Positions 1-8,215 of a stretch of 64,000 bases of DNA are shown here, one piece after another. Each line of letters begins with the position of its first letter. Position 1 is the first letter of the stretch. A model generated the notes under the pieces. The model did no database searches and had not been told where the DNA came from. It worked only from the letters and a program-made list of their open reading frames with translations. The DNA lies in NCBI GenBank assembly GCA_964462245.1, contig CAYWXS010000012.1, positions 8,866 to 72,865 on the forward strand, in the 5' to 3' direction. The DNA comes from an uncultured Anaerolinea sp. Lineage in GTDB: Bacteria; Chloroflexota; Anaerolineae; Anaerolineales; Villigracilaceae. The translations under genes and the position numbers were made by a program.

Positions 1-749
1 GATGTTTTGTATAAGCTGTAAACATCAGCCGAAAGACCATATTTACTCATCAACTCTTTGTTGGCATGGCAGCGCGCGCACATTTCAGGACTGCTAACGC
101 GAAATTCTGCAGTACGCGGGTCCTGAATATTGTGAACGCCGTGACAGTCGGTACAAACCGGGACGTCCTGATTGTTGTCCTGAATTAAGGCTTTGCCGTG
201 AATGCTTTGTTTATAGGTGTCTACAATTTTGGCATGGCACTTACTGCAGGTGGCTGAAATCAGGGAACGGGGTTCGTCTGGTTTCTTAACATCGTGCGCG
301 CCGTGGCAGTCTGTGCAGATCGCGGCTTCCAAATTACCGCCTTCAGCAGCCTTGGCATGCATACTGTCCTGTGTTTTTGCATAGTTCCCTGGGTGACACT
401 TTTGGCAAGCCAGGTAATATGTTCGGGAAAGTTCCCGCCGGGTTTTGAAATCCTGTTTGGGGTGTGGGTAAGTGCTAATGTTTGTATGGCAGGCTTCGCA
501 TTCAATTCCAAGCGGGCTATGAATGGAGTGTCCGATGACATCCTGTGAAACATACAGCGAAAGTGTTTCGCCACTGGGTAATGTAGTGCTTAATTTAGGA
601 TCACCGTGACAGGAAAGACAGTATTTTTCAGTTTCCTGGATTGGTTCTCCGGCACGTGCAGGTGAAACGAGTAAAAAGCTTAAAAGCAGGACAAGGACAC
701 CTGCTGCAATCAAGCCAATTTTTTGCCGATGCAGGTTGCGGATTGTCAT
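1..749 (-). CDS. Multihaem c-type cytochrome, N-terminal part (3' end runs off the left edge of the window)
   Basis: Absent from the ORF track because no stop codon lies in the window. Reverse-strand translation from the ATG (complement of 747-749) gives MTIRNLHRQKIGLIAAGVLVLLLSFLLVSPARA (signal/anchor). Seven CxxCH motifs follow (CLSCH, CEACH, CQKCH, CTDCH, CSKCH, CTDCH, CARCH), and the frame stays open to position 1. Confidence 0.85.
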   Translation of the reverse strand, partial: MTIRNLHRQKIGLIAAGVLVLLLSFLLVSPARAGEPIQETEKYCLSCHGDPKLSTTLPSGETLSLYVSQDVIGHSIHSPLGIECEACHTNISTYPHPKQDFKTRRELSRTYYLACQKCHPGNYAKTQDSMHAKAAEGGNLEAAICTDCHGAHDVKKPDEPRSLISATCSKCHAKIVDTYKQSIHGKALIQDNNQDVPVCTDCHGVHNIQDPRTAEFRVSSPEMCARCHANKELMSKYGLSADVYSLYKT

Positions 750-752
750 GTG

Positions 753-944
753 TTATGACTCCTTGGTGTTTGTTGGGGAGCTGTTTTCGTCATTGTCTGT
801 ATTTTCTTCTGGTTCGGGACTGTCAATTACAACCAGTCCAAATCGTCGAAGCAGGTAAGAAATCCCAAAAAGAATAGCTAATGGAACCAGGCAACGCAGA
901 ATGAATAACAACCCTACATATATTGGATTGGCAGTATCACTCAT
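753..944 (-). CDS. Small membrane protein with acidic tail, translationally coupled to the downstream cytochrome
   Basis: The track ORF is 753-959, but its first codons (GTG GAG GAA) are themselves a GGAGGA Shine-Dalgarno placed 7 nt before the ATG at 944 (MSDTANPIYVGLLFIL...). It has one hydrophobic helix and a D/E/N-rich C-terminus. Its stop lies 3 nt before the cytochrome ATG. Confidence 0.5.
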   Translation of the reverse strand: MSDTANPIYVGLLFILRCLVPLAILFGISYLLRRFGLVVIDSPEPEENTDNDENSSPTNTKES

Positions 945-1202
945 CGTTATTTCCTCCACGGCAAATCTAGCTTGCCGCCCGCGACGTATGTTGTAGGCAT
1001 TGCGTCTCCGTGAAACAAATTTTTTGTCAGTTAAGTATAACCTAAACCTAAGATTAAGAGATTAATAGAATGCTATTATAAGGTTGGATAATGGCAGCGG
1101 TGACATTTGTTCTGCCTGAATTATGACAGGCTACACTACCTGAAACGTCCTTTGGTCATTAAGATAATATCGTGAGCCCATCCACCCCTTGGGAGAATGA
1201 AA

Positions 1203-2009
1203 ATGATTAAGAGAAGTTACAAAAATTTATTCCTGGTTGTTTCTGCAATGATGTTCCTGTTGGCATTAGGTGTTTTGGTGGCGGCCCCCACTCAAAGCGT
1301 CGTTGCTGCTGAAAAAGAACAGGATATAGCGGAAACCTGCAAAGCCTGTCATGCGCAGGCAGCTACACCCTGGTCAACCAGCAAGCACGCTACTGGTAAC
1401 GTCAACTGCCTGGTTTGTCATAAGTTGGGGCAAGGCGAGGGTGTACATCCTCAACTAAAATACACAGTTGAGAACGAAGAAACCACCTGCCTGGTCTGCC
1501 ACACTGAAGTCGCCGGCGAGAATATTGCTGGACAGATGAAATTGAGCCAGCACGGCAAGGTTGGTCTAAAGTGTATTACGTGTCATGAACCGCATTCACA
1601 AGGCCCGGTTCTCTCCCCTGGTTCCAAGATTGTTTGCGAAAATTGTCATAAGAACCAGATGGAATCTGCCTTGAAATCAACCCATACTGCGGCAGGTCTG
1701 AACTGTATTAACTGCCACATGGGTCCTGATAGCAGCCATACGCTTAAGGTTGCAGGTGAAACTTGCGGTAACTGCCATACTGATATTCACGAGGCAAATC
1801 GTATAGTCTCCGCTGGTATTCAAGTAAAGGCTGTTGCAACCCCGATGGATGTTGTTGCAAAAGCTGTAGAACCGGATGAAAAGCCGGTACAACCTGAAAC
1901 AGGCGGCGTACACCTACCCTCTTGGACATTGGTGTTGGCAGGCTTATTAGTTGGCGGTATTGGCAGCTGGGCTATATTTGGTAGGGATCCCGGTACGCCA
2001 GAAAAATAA
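1203..2009 (+). CDS. Heptahaem c-type cytochrome with N-terminal signal/anchor and C-terminal membrane helix
   Basis: Seven CxxCH motifs (CKACH, CLVCH, CLVCH, CITCH, CENCH, CINCH, CGNCH). Hydrophobic N-terminus and C-terminal helix LPSWTLVLAGLLVGGIGSWAIF. GGGAGA abuts the first ATG (1197), so the ATG at 1203 is the better-spaced start. Confidence 0.85.
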   Translation: MIKRSYKNLFLVVSAMMFLLALGVLVAAPTQSVVAAEKEQDIAETCKACHAQAATPWSTSKHATGNVNCLVCHKLGQGEGVHPQLKYTVENEETTCLVCHTEVAGENIAGQMKLSQHGKVGLKCITCHEPHSQGPVLSPGSKIVCENCHKNQMESALKSTHTAAGLNCINCHMGPDSSHTLKVAGETCGNCHTDIHEANRIVSAGIQVKAVATPMDVVAKAVEPDEKPVQPETGGVHLPSWTLVLAGLLVGGIGSWAIFGRDPGTPEK

Positions 2010-2072
2010 TCACTGACTGTCATCAAGGATGGTCTGTATGCTTCAAACCGTCGATTTTTTGGAGGCATGATA

Positions 2073-2912
2073 ATGAAAGAAACTGATGAAAATCAGCAGG
2101 TACCCGAACAGGGTACTACATCCAGGCGCGATCTGATTAAGGTTTTAGGTGCGTTGGCCGGCGCTGCTACCCTTACTTCGTTTGTCAGTAGTGCCACTTT
2201 GGCTAGCCGTACTGCTCCCTCAGGTGGTGAAACCTCCCAGGGTCCGAAGTGGGGTATGTCAATAGATATTAATAAGTGTATTGGTTGCAAATACTGTACT
2301 TATGCCTGCCAGGCTGTGAATAATCTGGCAGATGATATGATTTATAACGTTGTTACCACCGAAAAAATGCAAAATGGCAAGGAATACTTCTTATCCCGAC
2401 CGTGCATGCATTGCGCCGAAGCGCCCTGCGTGCACGTTTGTCCTGTCAAGGCGACTTATAAGCGTCCGGATGGGATTGTCATTATGGACTATACACTTTG
2501 CATCGGCTGCCGTTATTGCCAGGTTGCCTGTCCATATGACGCGCGCGTTTTCAATTGGAAAGAACCTATCAAGGTCAGTCCCAAGTCACCTAATTTCGGT
2601 TTTCAGGAAGTCCCCAATCGTCCACGTGGTGTGGTTGAAAAATGTTCGTTCTGTGTACAACAATCTGATTCGGGAATGGCTCGTGGAATGGTTCCTGGTG
2701 TGGATGCGTTGTCTACACCGGCTTGTGTGGTTGCTTGCCCTACAGGCGCAAGGGCCTTTGGCGACTTGACAGACCCAGGTAGTCCTGTTTCGAAGGTGCT
2801 GGAAGAAGCAAAAGCAATTTTGCGTTTGCGCGAAGACGAATTGAGCACTGAGCCTAGTGTTTATTACGTTCCTCCCGATACTCATACAAACAACCCTTTC
2901 CAGAAGGGGTAA
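2073..2912 (+). CDS. Tat-exported 4x[4Fe-4S] ferredoxin-type subunit (NrfC/PsrB/HmcB-like)
   Basis: Twin-arginine signal TSRRDLIKVLGALAGAAT. Four Cys clusters: CIGCKYCTYAC, CMHCAEAPCVHVCP, CIGCRYCQVACP, and CSFC...CVVACP. GGAGG lies 7 nt before the ATG at 2073. Confidence 0.88.
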   Translation: MKETDENQQVPEQGTTSRRDLIKVLGALAGAATLTSFVSSATLASRTAPSGGETSQGPKWGMSIDINKCIGCKYCTYACQAVNNLADDMIYNVVTTEKMQNGKEYFLSRPCMHCAEAPCVHVCPVKATYKRPDGIVIMDYTLCIGCRYCQVACPYDARVFNWKEPIKVSPKSPNFGFQEVPNRPRGVVEKCSFCVQQSDSGMARGMVPGVDALSTPACVVACPTGARAFGDLTDPGSPVSKVLEEAKAILRLREDELSTEPSVYYVPPDTHTNNPFQKG

Positions 2913-2915
2913 ACC

Positions 2916-4184
2916 ATGCAAATATCTATTCACTATCCAAAATTACGCGTTGGTAAACACGCGATTGATGTTTTTCCATACTGGATTGGCCTGTTGGTGT
3001 TGGGCGTCTTGTTTGGTTTGACTGGTGTGTTTTTTGTATTTCGTGATGGACTTCAGGTAACCGGGCTGTCCAATCAAGTTCCTTGGGGACTTTGGATCTC
3101 AATTGATCTTTCATCCATCGCTTTGGGTGGCAGCGCTTTTGTCTTTGGTGCTATTGTCTATCTTCTACAAATTAAAAGGTTTGAATCAATTGGCAAGCTG
3201 GCCGTATTGCTTGGTTTCCTTGGATATTCCACTGCAGGTATGGTGTTGTTGATGGACCTTGGGCAGCCGCTGCGTTTCTGGCATCCCATTGTTTACTGGC
3301 AGCCGCACTCCCTTTTATGGGAAGTAACCATGTGCGTGGTGTTATATCTGACGGTTTTGTTGGCCGAGCTTATCCCGGTTGTGACAGAACACCCCAATTT
3401 TGAGAAACACGTTTTGCAGGATCGTTTCCCGATATTGAAGACCATGGCCAAGTTTGCAAAAACTTTGTCGGGTTGGCTGCACAAAAGTGGCCCGGCCATG
3501 GCAATTATCGGAATGACGCTTTCCCTGCTGCATCAGGCCTCATTGGGTGCGACCTACTCGGTTTTATATGGCCGTGGTGTCTGGTTCAACCAGAGTGCTC
3601 CCACTCAGTTCGTGTTTTCAGCTATGAGCGGTGGCATATCACTCTTATTTATCATGAGTGTCTTTGTCTTCCGGGTAATGCGCCCCGGGTTAGTGGATGA
3701 TGATGCTCTATATGATGTCGCCCGCCTGGCTGGTGGTGTCACATTACTGTTGACTTATCTGCGTTTTTGGGATTGGGCTGTGACCAATTACTATAGTTTT
3801 GACCAGCAAATTTCACTCCAGACACAGCTATTGGACACGGTTGCACCATACTCACAAACTTTTTGGTTTGGACAAGCACTCTTCCCGGTCATAGCGGGGA
3901 TAGTATTGTTGTATGCGAAGAAAATTGGCAAATTCCGATATTTGATGGCAGCCGCAGTTGTTCCAGTTTTCGCTGCTGTGCTCACTCGCTGGAACTATAA
4001 TTTTGTAGGATTGATTGCAGCTACATCGTATGATCCCTATTCCCCAACTGTGCGTTTATTTTCTTACACGCCTACCTGGGTGGAATTTGCGGTGGGTACC
4101 CTGGTACTTTGTTACTGGCTGATTATGTTCAGTTTGGCCACCCGTTTCCTGCCCTTCCACGGTGAAAAACACACAGTACATTAG
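2916..4184 (+). CDS. NrfD/PsrC-family polytopic membrane (quinone-interacting) subunit
   Basis: 422-aa highly hydrophobic protein starting 3 nt after the Fe-S subunit. The size and its position after an NrfC-like gene are typical of NrfD/PsrC/HmcC/ActC-type subunits. Confidence 0.75.
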   Translation: MQISIHYPKLRVGKHAIDVFPYWIGLLVLGVLFGLTGVFFVFRDGLQVTGLSNQVPWGLWISIDLSSIALGGSAFVFGAIVYLLQIKRFESIGKLAVLLGFLGYSTAGMVLLMDLGQPLRFWHPIVYWQPHSLLWEVTMCVVLYLTVLLAELIPVVTEHPNFEKHVLQDRFPILKTMAKFAKTLSGWLHKSGPAMAIIGMTLSLLHQASLGATYSVLYGRGVWFNQSAPTQFVFSAMSGGISLLFIMSVFVFRVMRPGLVDDDALYDVARLAGGVTLLLTYLRFWDWAVTNYYSFDQQISLQTQLLDTVAPYSQTFWFGQALFPVIAGIVLLYAKKIGKFRYLMAAAVVPVFAAVLTRWNYNFVGLIAATSYDPYSPTVRLFSYTPTWVEFAVGTLVLCYWLIMFSLATRFLPFHGEKHTVH

Positions 4185-4210
4185 TTTGTTAAGGTTTTTA
4201 CTTCTTCCGA

Positions 4211-4240
4211 ACGCCCACGAATTTTCGTGGGCGTTTTGAT
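4211..4240 (+). terminator. Intrinsic terminator after the cytochrome-FeS-NrfD unit
   Basis: Stem ACGCCCACG (4211-4219) pairs with CGTGGGCGT (4226-4234), followed by a T-rich tail. Confidence 0.7.
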
Positions 4241-4304
4241 ATTCCTTTGGAAAATATAGAGAATTCTATTTTTTTTTGATAAATTTGGACTATTTGGTTT
4301 ATTT

Positions 4305-4322
4305 TCATGACATTTGTCATGA
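4305..4322. promoter_or_regulatory. Perfect palindrome TCATGACA-TT-TGTCATGA upstream of the ccm operon (candidate operator)
   Basis: 8-bp inverted arms read directly from the sequence, about 90 nt upstream of ccmE in an AT-rich intergenic region. A second palindrome, GTGTA-gaat-TACAC, lies at 4361-4374. Confidence 0.35.
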
Positions 4323-4411
4323 CGATTTAGGCCTAATTTTCAGGATTCATTAATGTATTTGTGTAGAATTACACGTGTATGAATGCTTTATAAAATTCAC
4401 TGGAGGTAACA

Positions 4412-4900
4412 ATGTCATCCCCTCGTATGAAATTCTTTCTTGGTGGTTTTCTCATTTTAGCCGCTGTTGTATATTTGATCGTCTCTTCTACTCAGGCTAG
4501 TGCCCAGTATTTCTTAACAATTGATGAGCTCAATGCCAAAAAAGCCAGCATGGTCGATAAAAATGTGCGTGTTTCCGGGGCTGTCATTGGGGATACGATT
4601 ACCTATGATGCGGATACATTGACGCTCGGATTTACTGTTGCGCATGTGTCTGGTGATAATGCCGAAATTGAAAAAGAGGGTGGTCTGGCGGTTGTTTTGC
4701 ACCAGGCAGTTATTGACCCGGAGCGTTCAAAGATGAAAGTGGTTTACGTGGGTGTTAAGCCTGATCTGATGCGTAATGAAGCTCAGGCAATAATGACAGG
4801 TCATCTTGGTGCAGATGGGGTTTTTTACGCAGATGAACTACTCTTGAAGTGCCCCACCAAGTATGAAGAAGCTGTTCCTCAACAGGCTCAAGGCAATTAA
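4412..4900 (+). CDS. ccmE: Cytochrome c maturation haem chaperone CcmE, Cys-type (CxxxY) variant
   Basis: N-terminal anchor followed by an OB-fold-like body. The C-terminal segment TGHLGADGVFYADELLLKCPTKYEE aligns without gaps to E. coli ...LAKEVLAKHDENY, with Cys in place of the haem-binding His. GGAGG lies 6 nt upstream of the start. Confidence 0.85.
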   Translation: MSSPRMKFFLGGFLILAAVVYLIVSSTQASAQYFLTIDELNAKKASMVDKNVRVSGAVIGDTITYDADTLTLGFTVAHVSGDNAEIEKEGGLAVVLHQAVIDPERSKMKVVYVGVKPDLMRNEAQAIMTGHLGADGVFYADELLLKCPTKYEEAVPQQAQGN

Positions 4901-4954
4901 TCTTCCCAATAGTAACGACCGAAGTCGTTACTATTTATTTTAACGGAGAAACAA

Positions 4955-7027
4955 ATGCTCGCTGATTTCGGTTATGGTGTGCTCGTAATATCATTTATCC
5001 TGGCAATTTATGCCATTGGTGCTGCTTTTTATGGCTACAAAAGCGGTTCTCATAAGTGGGTCGAGAGTTCCCGGCTCGCCATGCAACTCACTTTTCCATT
5101 AATTTCATTAGCCGCTCTTACTCTTATTTATCTTCTGGTTACTGATGATTATCATGTGGCTTTTGTTTACGAAGTGACCAGCCGTTCGATGCCCATGTAT
5201 TTGAAGATTACATCTTTGTGGGGCGGGCAATCGGGTTCCTTGGTTTTCTGGGGCTGGCTGATGTCTGCGTTTGCTACAGCCGTCACTTTGCGTAAATGGG
5301 ACCGTGATCGCGAATTTTTGCCCTGGGTCGTGGTTGTTTGCAGTGTCACCCTGGCATTCTTTATCGGCCTGGTCATTTTGTATGAGAATCCTTTTGGTAA
5401 ATTTTTCCAAACTTTTAGCGGCGAAGTAATTACGGCTATGCTTCAGCCTACCGGATCCGTTCCGTTCAGTCCTCCGGATGGTCGTGGTTTGAACCCACTC
5501 CTTCGTCACCCGGGTATGATTATTCATCCCCCTATGTTGTATCTCGGTTTTGTCAGTTTCGTTATTCCGTTTGCATTTGCCATTGCAGCTTTGGTGACGG
5601 GACGTACCGACGATCGCTGGATCCGAATTACCCGGCGTTGGACAATCGTTGCATGGCTCTTTTTGTCTGTCGGCTTGGTATTGGGTGGACGTTGGGCTTA
5701 TGACGTATTGGGTTGGGGTGGTTACTGGGGTTGGGATCCGGTTGAAATTGCTGCCTTTATGCCCTGGCTTTCAGGTACAGCCTTCCTGCATTCAGTTATG
5801 ATTCAGGAAAAACGTGGGATGTTGAAGTATTGGAATATGATCCTGATTATTCTGACTTATGCCCTCGTGATCTTTGGCACATTTCTGACGCGTTCTGGCG
5901 TATTGTCGTCGGTTCATGCTTTTGCGCAAAGTGCGATTGGTCCGGCATTCTTCATCTTTATCGGCCTTACTTTTGTAACTTCAGCAGCACTGCTAATTTA
6001 CCGTTGGGGTGACCTCAAATCCGAATCTCAGATGACGTCGTTGCTTTCGCGTGAAGCTCTATTTCTTCTGAATAACCTGTTATTTATAAGTATTCTGGTA
6101 GTTTGTTTCTGGGGGGTTATATTCCCGCTTATTTCGGAACTGGCAACCGGACAAAAAGTTACCGTGGGACCACCTTTTTACGAAAGGGCTACGGGACCAT
6201 TGTTTGCTGCCTTGGTTCTTCTGATGGGTATTGCGCCGCTTTCCGCATGGGGACATTCCACACTTAAAACACTTGGAAAAGCCATGTGGAAACCGCTTGT
6301 GGCTGCTGTCCTGGTCATGTTGTACATATTTTTTGGAGTTGGGATTCATGAGCCCTATGCCCTGGTGGGTTTCTTTGTTGTAGCAGCCAGTGCATTTATC
6401 ACCTTGTATGAATTCTGGAGAGCAGCTCGCGCACGGGGCAAGGCTCAAAAAGAAAATTTACTGGTTGCACTTTGGCGATTGGCTGGCCGAAATCGGCGTC
6501 GTTATGGTGGTTACCTAATTCACCTCTCGATTGTATTAATGGCGCTCGGGATTATTGGTATCGAAATGTTCCAAACTGAGACCCAGGGAACCATTGCCCA
6601 AGGCGAATCACTCAAGATTGATGGCTATTCTGTAACCTATAAAGATTTGGCTGTCTTTGATACAAATGATAACCGTAATGTGGCGCGTGCGGTAATTTCG
6701 GTAGAACGTAACGGAAAATATCTGGGTGATTTGCATCCTCGCCGGGATTATTTTTACGAATCCCAGCAACCGATGACTATTCCGGGCGTTCGCTCTACGA
6801 TGGAAGATGATCTCTACGTCATTCTGGTGGACTGGCAGCCGATACTTTCCTCGGGTGCTACATTCAAGATCTATCATAATCCTTTGGTTAACTGGCTTTG
6901 GATAGGGACCATTACCATGATTTTAGGTTCGCTGGTAGCTGCCTGGCCGGATAAAGAACCGGATTATGTTCCTGTGCGTACCCGTCGCGAAAAGAAAGTG
7001 GTTTACCAGCCTGGTTCAGCGGATTAA
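4955..7027 (+). CDS. ccmF: Cytochrome c haem lyase subunit CcmF
   Basis: 690-aa polytopic protein with the WWD motif WGGYWGWDPVE. It lies within the ccm gene cluster. Confidence 0.92.
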   Translation: MLADFGYGVLVISFILAIYAIGAAFYGYKSGSHKWVESSRLAMQLTFPLISLAALTLIYLLVTDDYHVAFVYEVTSRSMPMYLKITSLWGGQSGSLVFWGWLMSAFATAVTLRKWDRDREFLPWVVVVCSVTLAFFIGLVILYENPFGKFFQTFSGEVITAMLQPTGSVPFSPPDGRGLNPLLRHPGMIIHPPMLYLGFVSFVIPFAFAIAALVTGRTDDRWIRITRRWTIVAWLFLSVGLVLGGRWAYDVLGWGGYWGWDPVEIAAFMPWLSGTAFLHSVMIQEKRGMLKYWNMILIILTYALVIFGTFLTRSGVLSSVHAFAQSAIGPAFFIFIGLTFVTSAALLIYRWGDLKSESQMTSLLSREALFLLNNLLFISILVVCFWGVIFPLISELATGQKVTVGPPFYERATGPLFAALVLLMGIAPLSAWGHSTLKTLGKAMWKPLVAAVLVMLYIFFGVGIHEPYALVGFFVVAASAFITLYEFWRAARARGKAQKENLLVALWRLAGRNRRRYGGYLIHLSIVLMALGIIGIEMFQTETQGTIAQGESLKIDGYSVTYKDLAVFDTNDNRNVARAVISVERNGKYLGDLHPRRDYFYESQQPMTIPGVRSTMEDDLYVILVDWQPILSSGATFKIYHNPLVNWLWIGTITMILGSLVAAWPDKEPDYVPVRTRREKKVVYQPGSAD

Positions 7028-7069
7028 TAGCAAGGACAGAATGTGTTTTTTTTGTAAATCGGAGAAGTG

Positions 7070-7549
7070 ATGAAACGTAATATTTGGATTCTTCTGATCG
7101 CCTTGGTTCTGGCATTGGTGTGGGTCACCGGGGTTGCTGCTCAAAAACCTGTACCTTCGGACGATGAGGTAAATGCTGTTGCCAGGGAGTTATTTTGTCC
7201 TGTATGTGAAAATACCCCATTGGATGTATGTCCCACACAGGCATGTGCTCAATGGAGAGAGTTGATTCGCACCAAGCTTTCTGAAGGTTGGTCCGCAGAG
7301 CAGATCAAGCAATATTTTGCAACACAGTATGGTGCTCGTGTGCTTTCTGAGCCGCCAAAGCAGGGTCTAAATTGGTTGATATACATTGTTCCACCTGTTT
7401 TAATGTTGATCGGTGTTTATATCCTGTTCCGAGCTGTTCAATCCATGCGTAAACCGTTATCGGCAATTGAGCAAGAAGCAGAAACACCTTTATCGGATTC
7501 TGACGAATATCTGCGTCGTGTTGAAGAAGAGCTTAAGAAGAGAAGATAA
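7070..7549 (+). CDS. ccmH: Cytochrome c maturation thiol-redox protein CcmH/NrfF family
   Basis: Signal peptide, then ELFCPVCENTPLDVCPTQACAQWRELIRTKLSEGWSAEQIKQYFATQYGARVL. This aligns to the E. coli CcmH segment LRCPKCQNNSIADS...YMVARYG. A TM helix follows. Confidence 0.85.
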   Translation: MKRNIWILLIALVLALVWVTGVAAQKPVPSDDEVNAVARELFCPVCENTPLDVCPTQACAQWRELIRTKLSEGWSAEQIKQYFATQYGARVLSEPPKQGLNWLIYIVPPVLMLIGVYILFRAVQSMRKPLSAIEQEAETPLSDSDEYLRRVEEELKKRR

Positions 7550-7602
7550 ATCAAGTCTGGTTTCTTGCATGCAAGCATGTCAGGAAAAATAGGAGAAGTA
7601 TT

Positions 7603-8208
7603 ATGACTGATTCAATTGCAGCTTCAGAGAAAGAGGCTGGTGTTGTACAGGTTGCGCCTAAGCGAGGTGTGCCTGTTTGGGCGCAGATAATTGTGTGGGT
7701 GGCGTTGCTTGGTCTGTTGACAGTTGTCGCCCTGAATCTGCGTCGTATCCAGCAGGGAACAGTCCAGATTGGAGATATGATCCCTGATTTTACGCTTTCT
7801 TTCTTTGACGGGTATCAGTACACGGGGAAAAGTGAAGTTAAGCTCTCGGATTTGAAGGGTAAAGTGGTTGTGGTGAATTTTTGGGCATCCTGGTGTAAAC
7901 CCTGTGAACAGGAAGCTGCTGAAATGGAATCGGCCTGGCGTTCGTATGAAAAGAGTGGCCAGGTGGTTTTTGTTGGTGCTGACTATGTTGATACCGAGCC
8001 CGAAGCCCGTGGTTATTTGAAAAAATTTGAAATTACCTATCCGAATGGCCCGGATCTGGGAACTCGCATTTCGCAGATGTTCCGTATCCAGGGTGTTCCG
8101 GAAACTTACTTTATAGATCAGACTGGCAAGCTGGTGTATGCTCAGATCGGTCCTTTTTCATCTGAATCAGAAATTCATGCCATTATTGATCCGTTGATCA
8201 AGAAATAG
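7603..8208 (+). CDS. ccmG: Membrane-anchored thioredoxin-fold thiol:disulfide oxidoreductase (CcmG/DsbE/ResA/TlpA-like)
   Basis: N-terminal TM helix and the motif NFWASWCKPCEQE (WCxxC). It lies within the ccm cluster. Confidence 0.85.
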   Translation: MTDSIAASEKEAGVVQVAPKRGVPVWAQIIVWVALLGLLTVVALNLRRIQQGTVQIGDMIPDFTLSFFDGYQYTGKSEVKLSDLKGKVVVVNFWASWCKPCEQEAAEMESAWRSYEKSGQVVFVGADYVDTEPEARGYLKKFEITYPNGPDLGTRISQMFRIQGVPETYFIDQTGKLVYAQIGPFSSESEIHAIIDPLIKK

Positions 8209-8215
8209 GAAAACT

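Noticed and set aside
260-574. Track ORFs 260-574 (-) and 294-548 (+) at the left edge
   Set aside because: Both overlap, in wrong frames, the unlisted minus-strand frame that carries seven CxxCH motifs and a signal peptide. The cytochrome frame explains the region.
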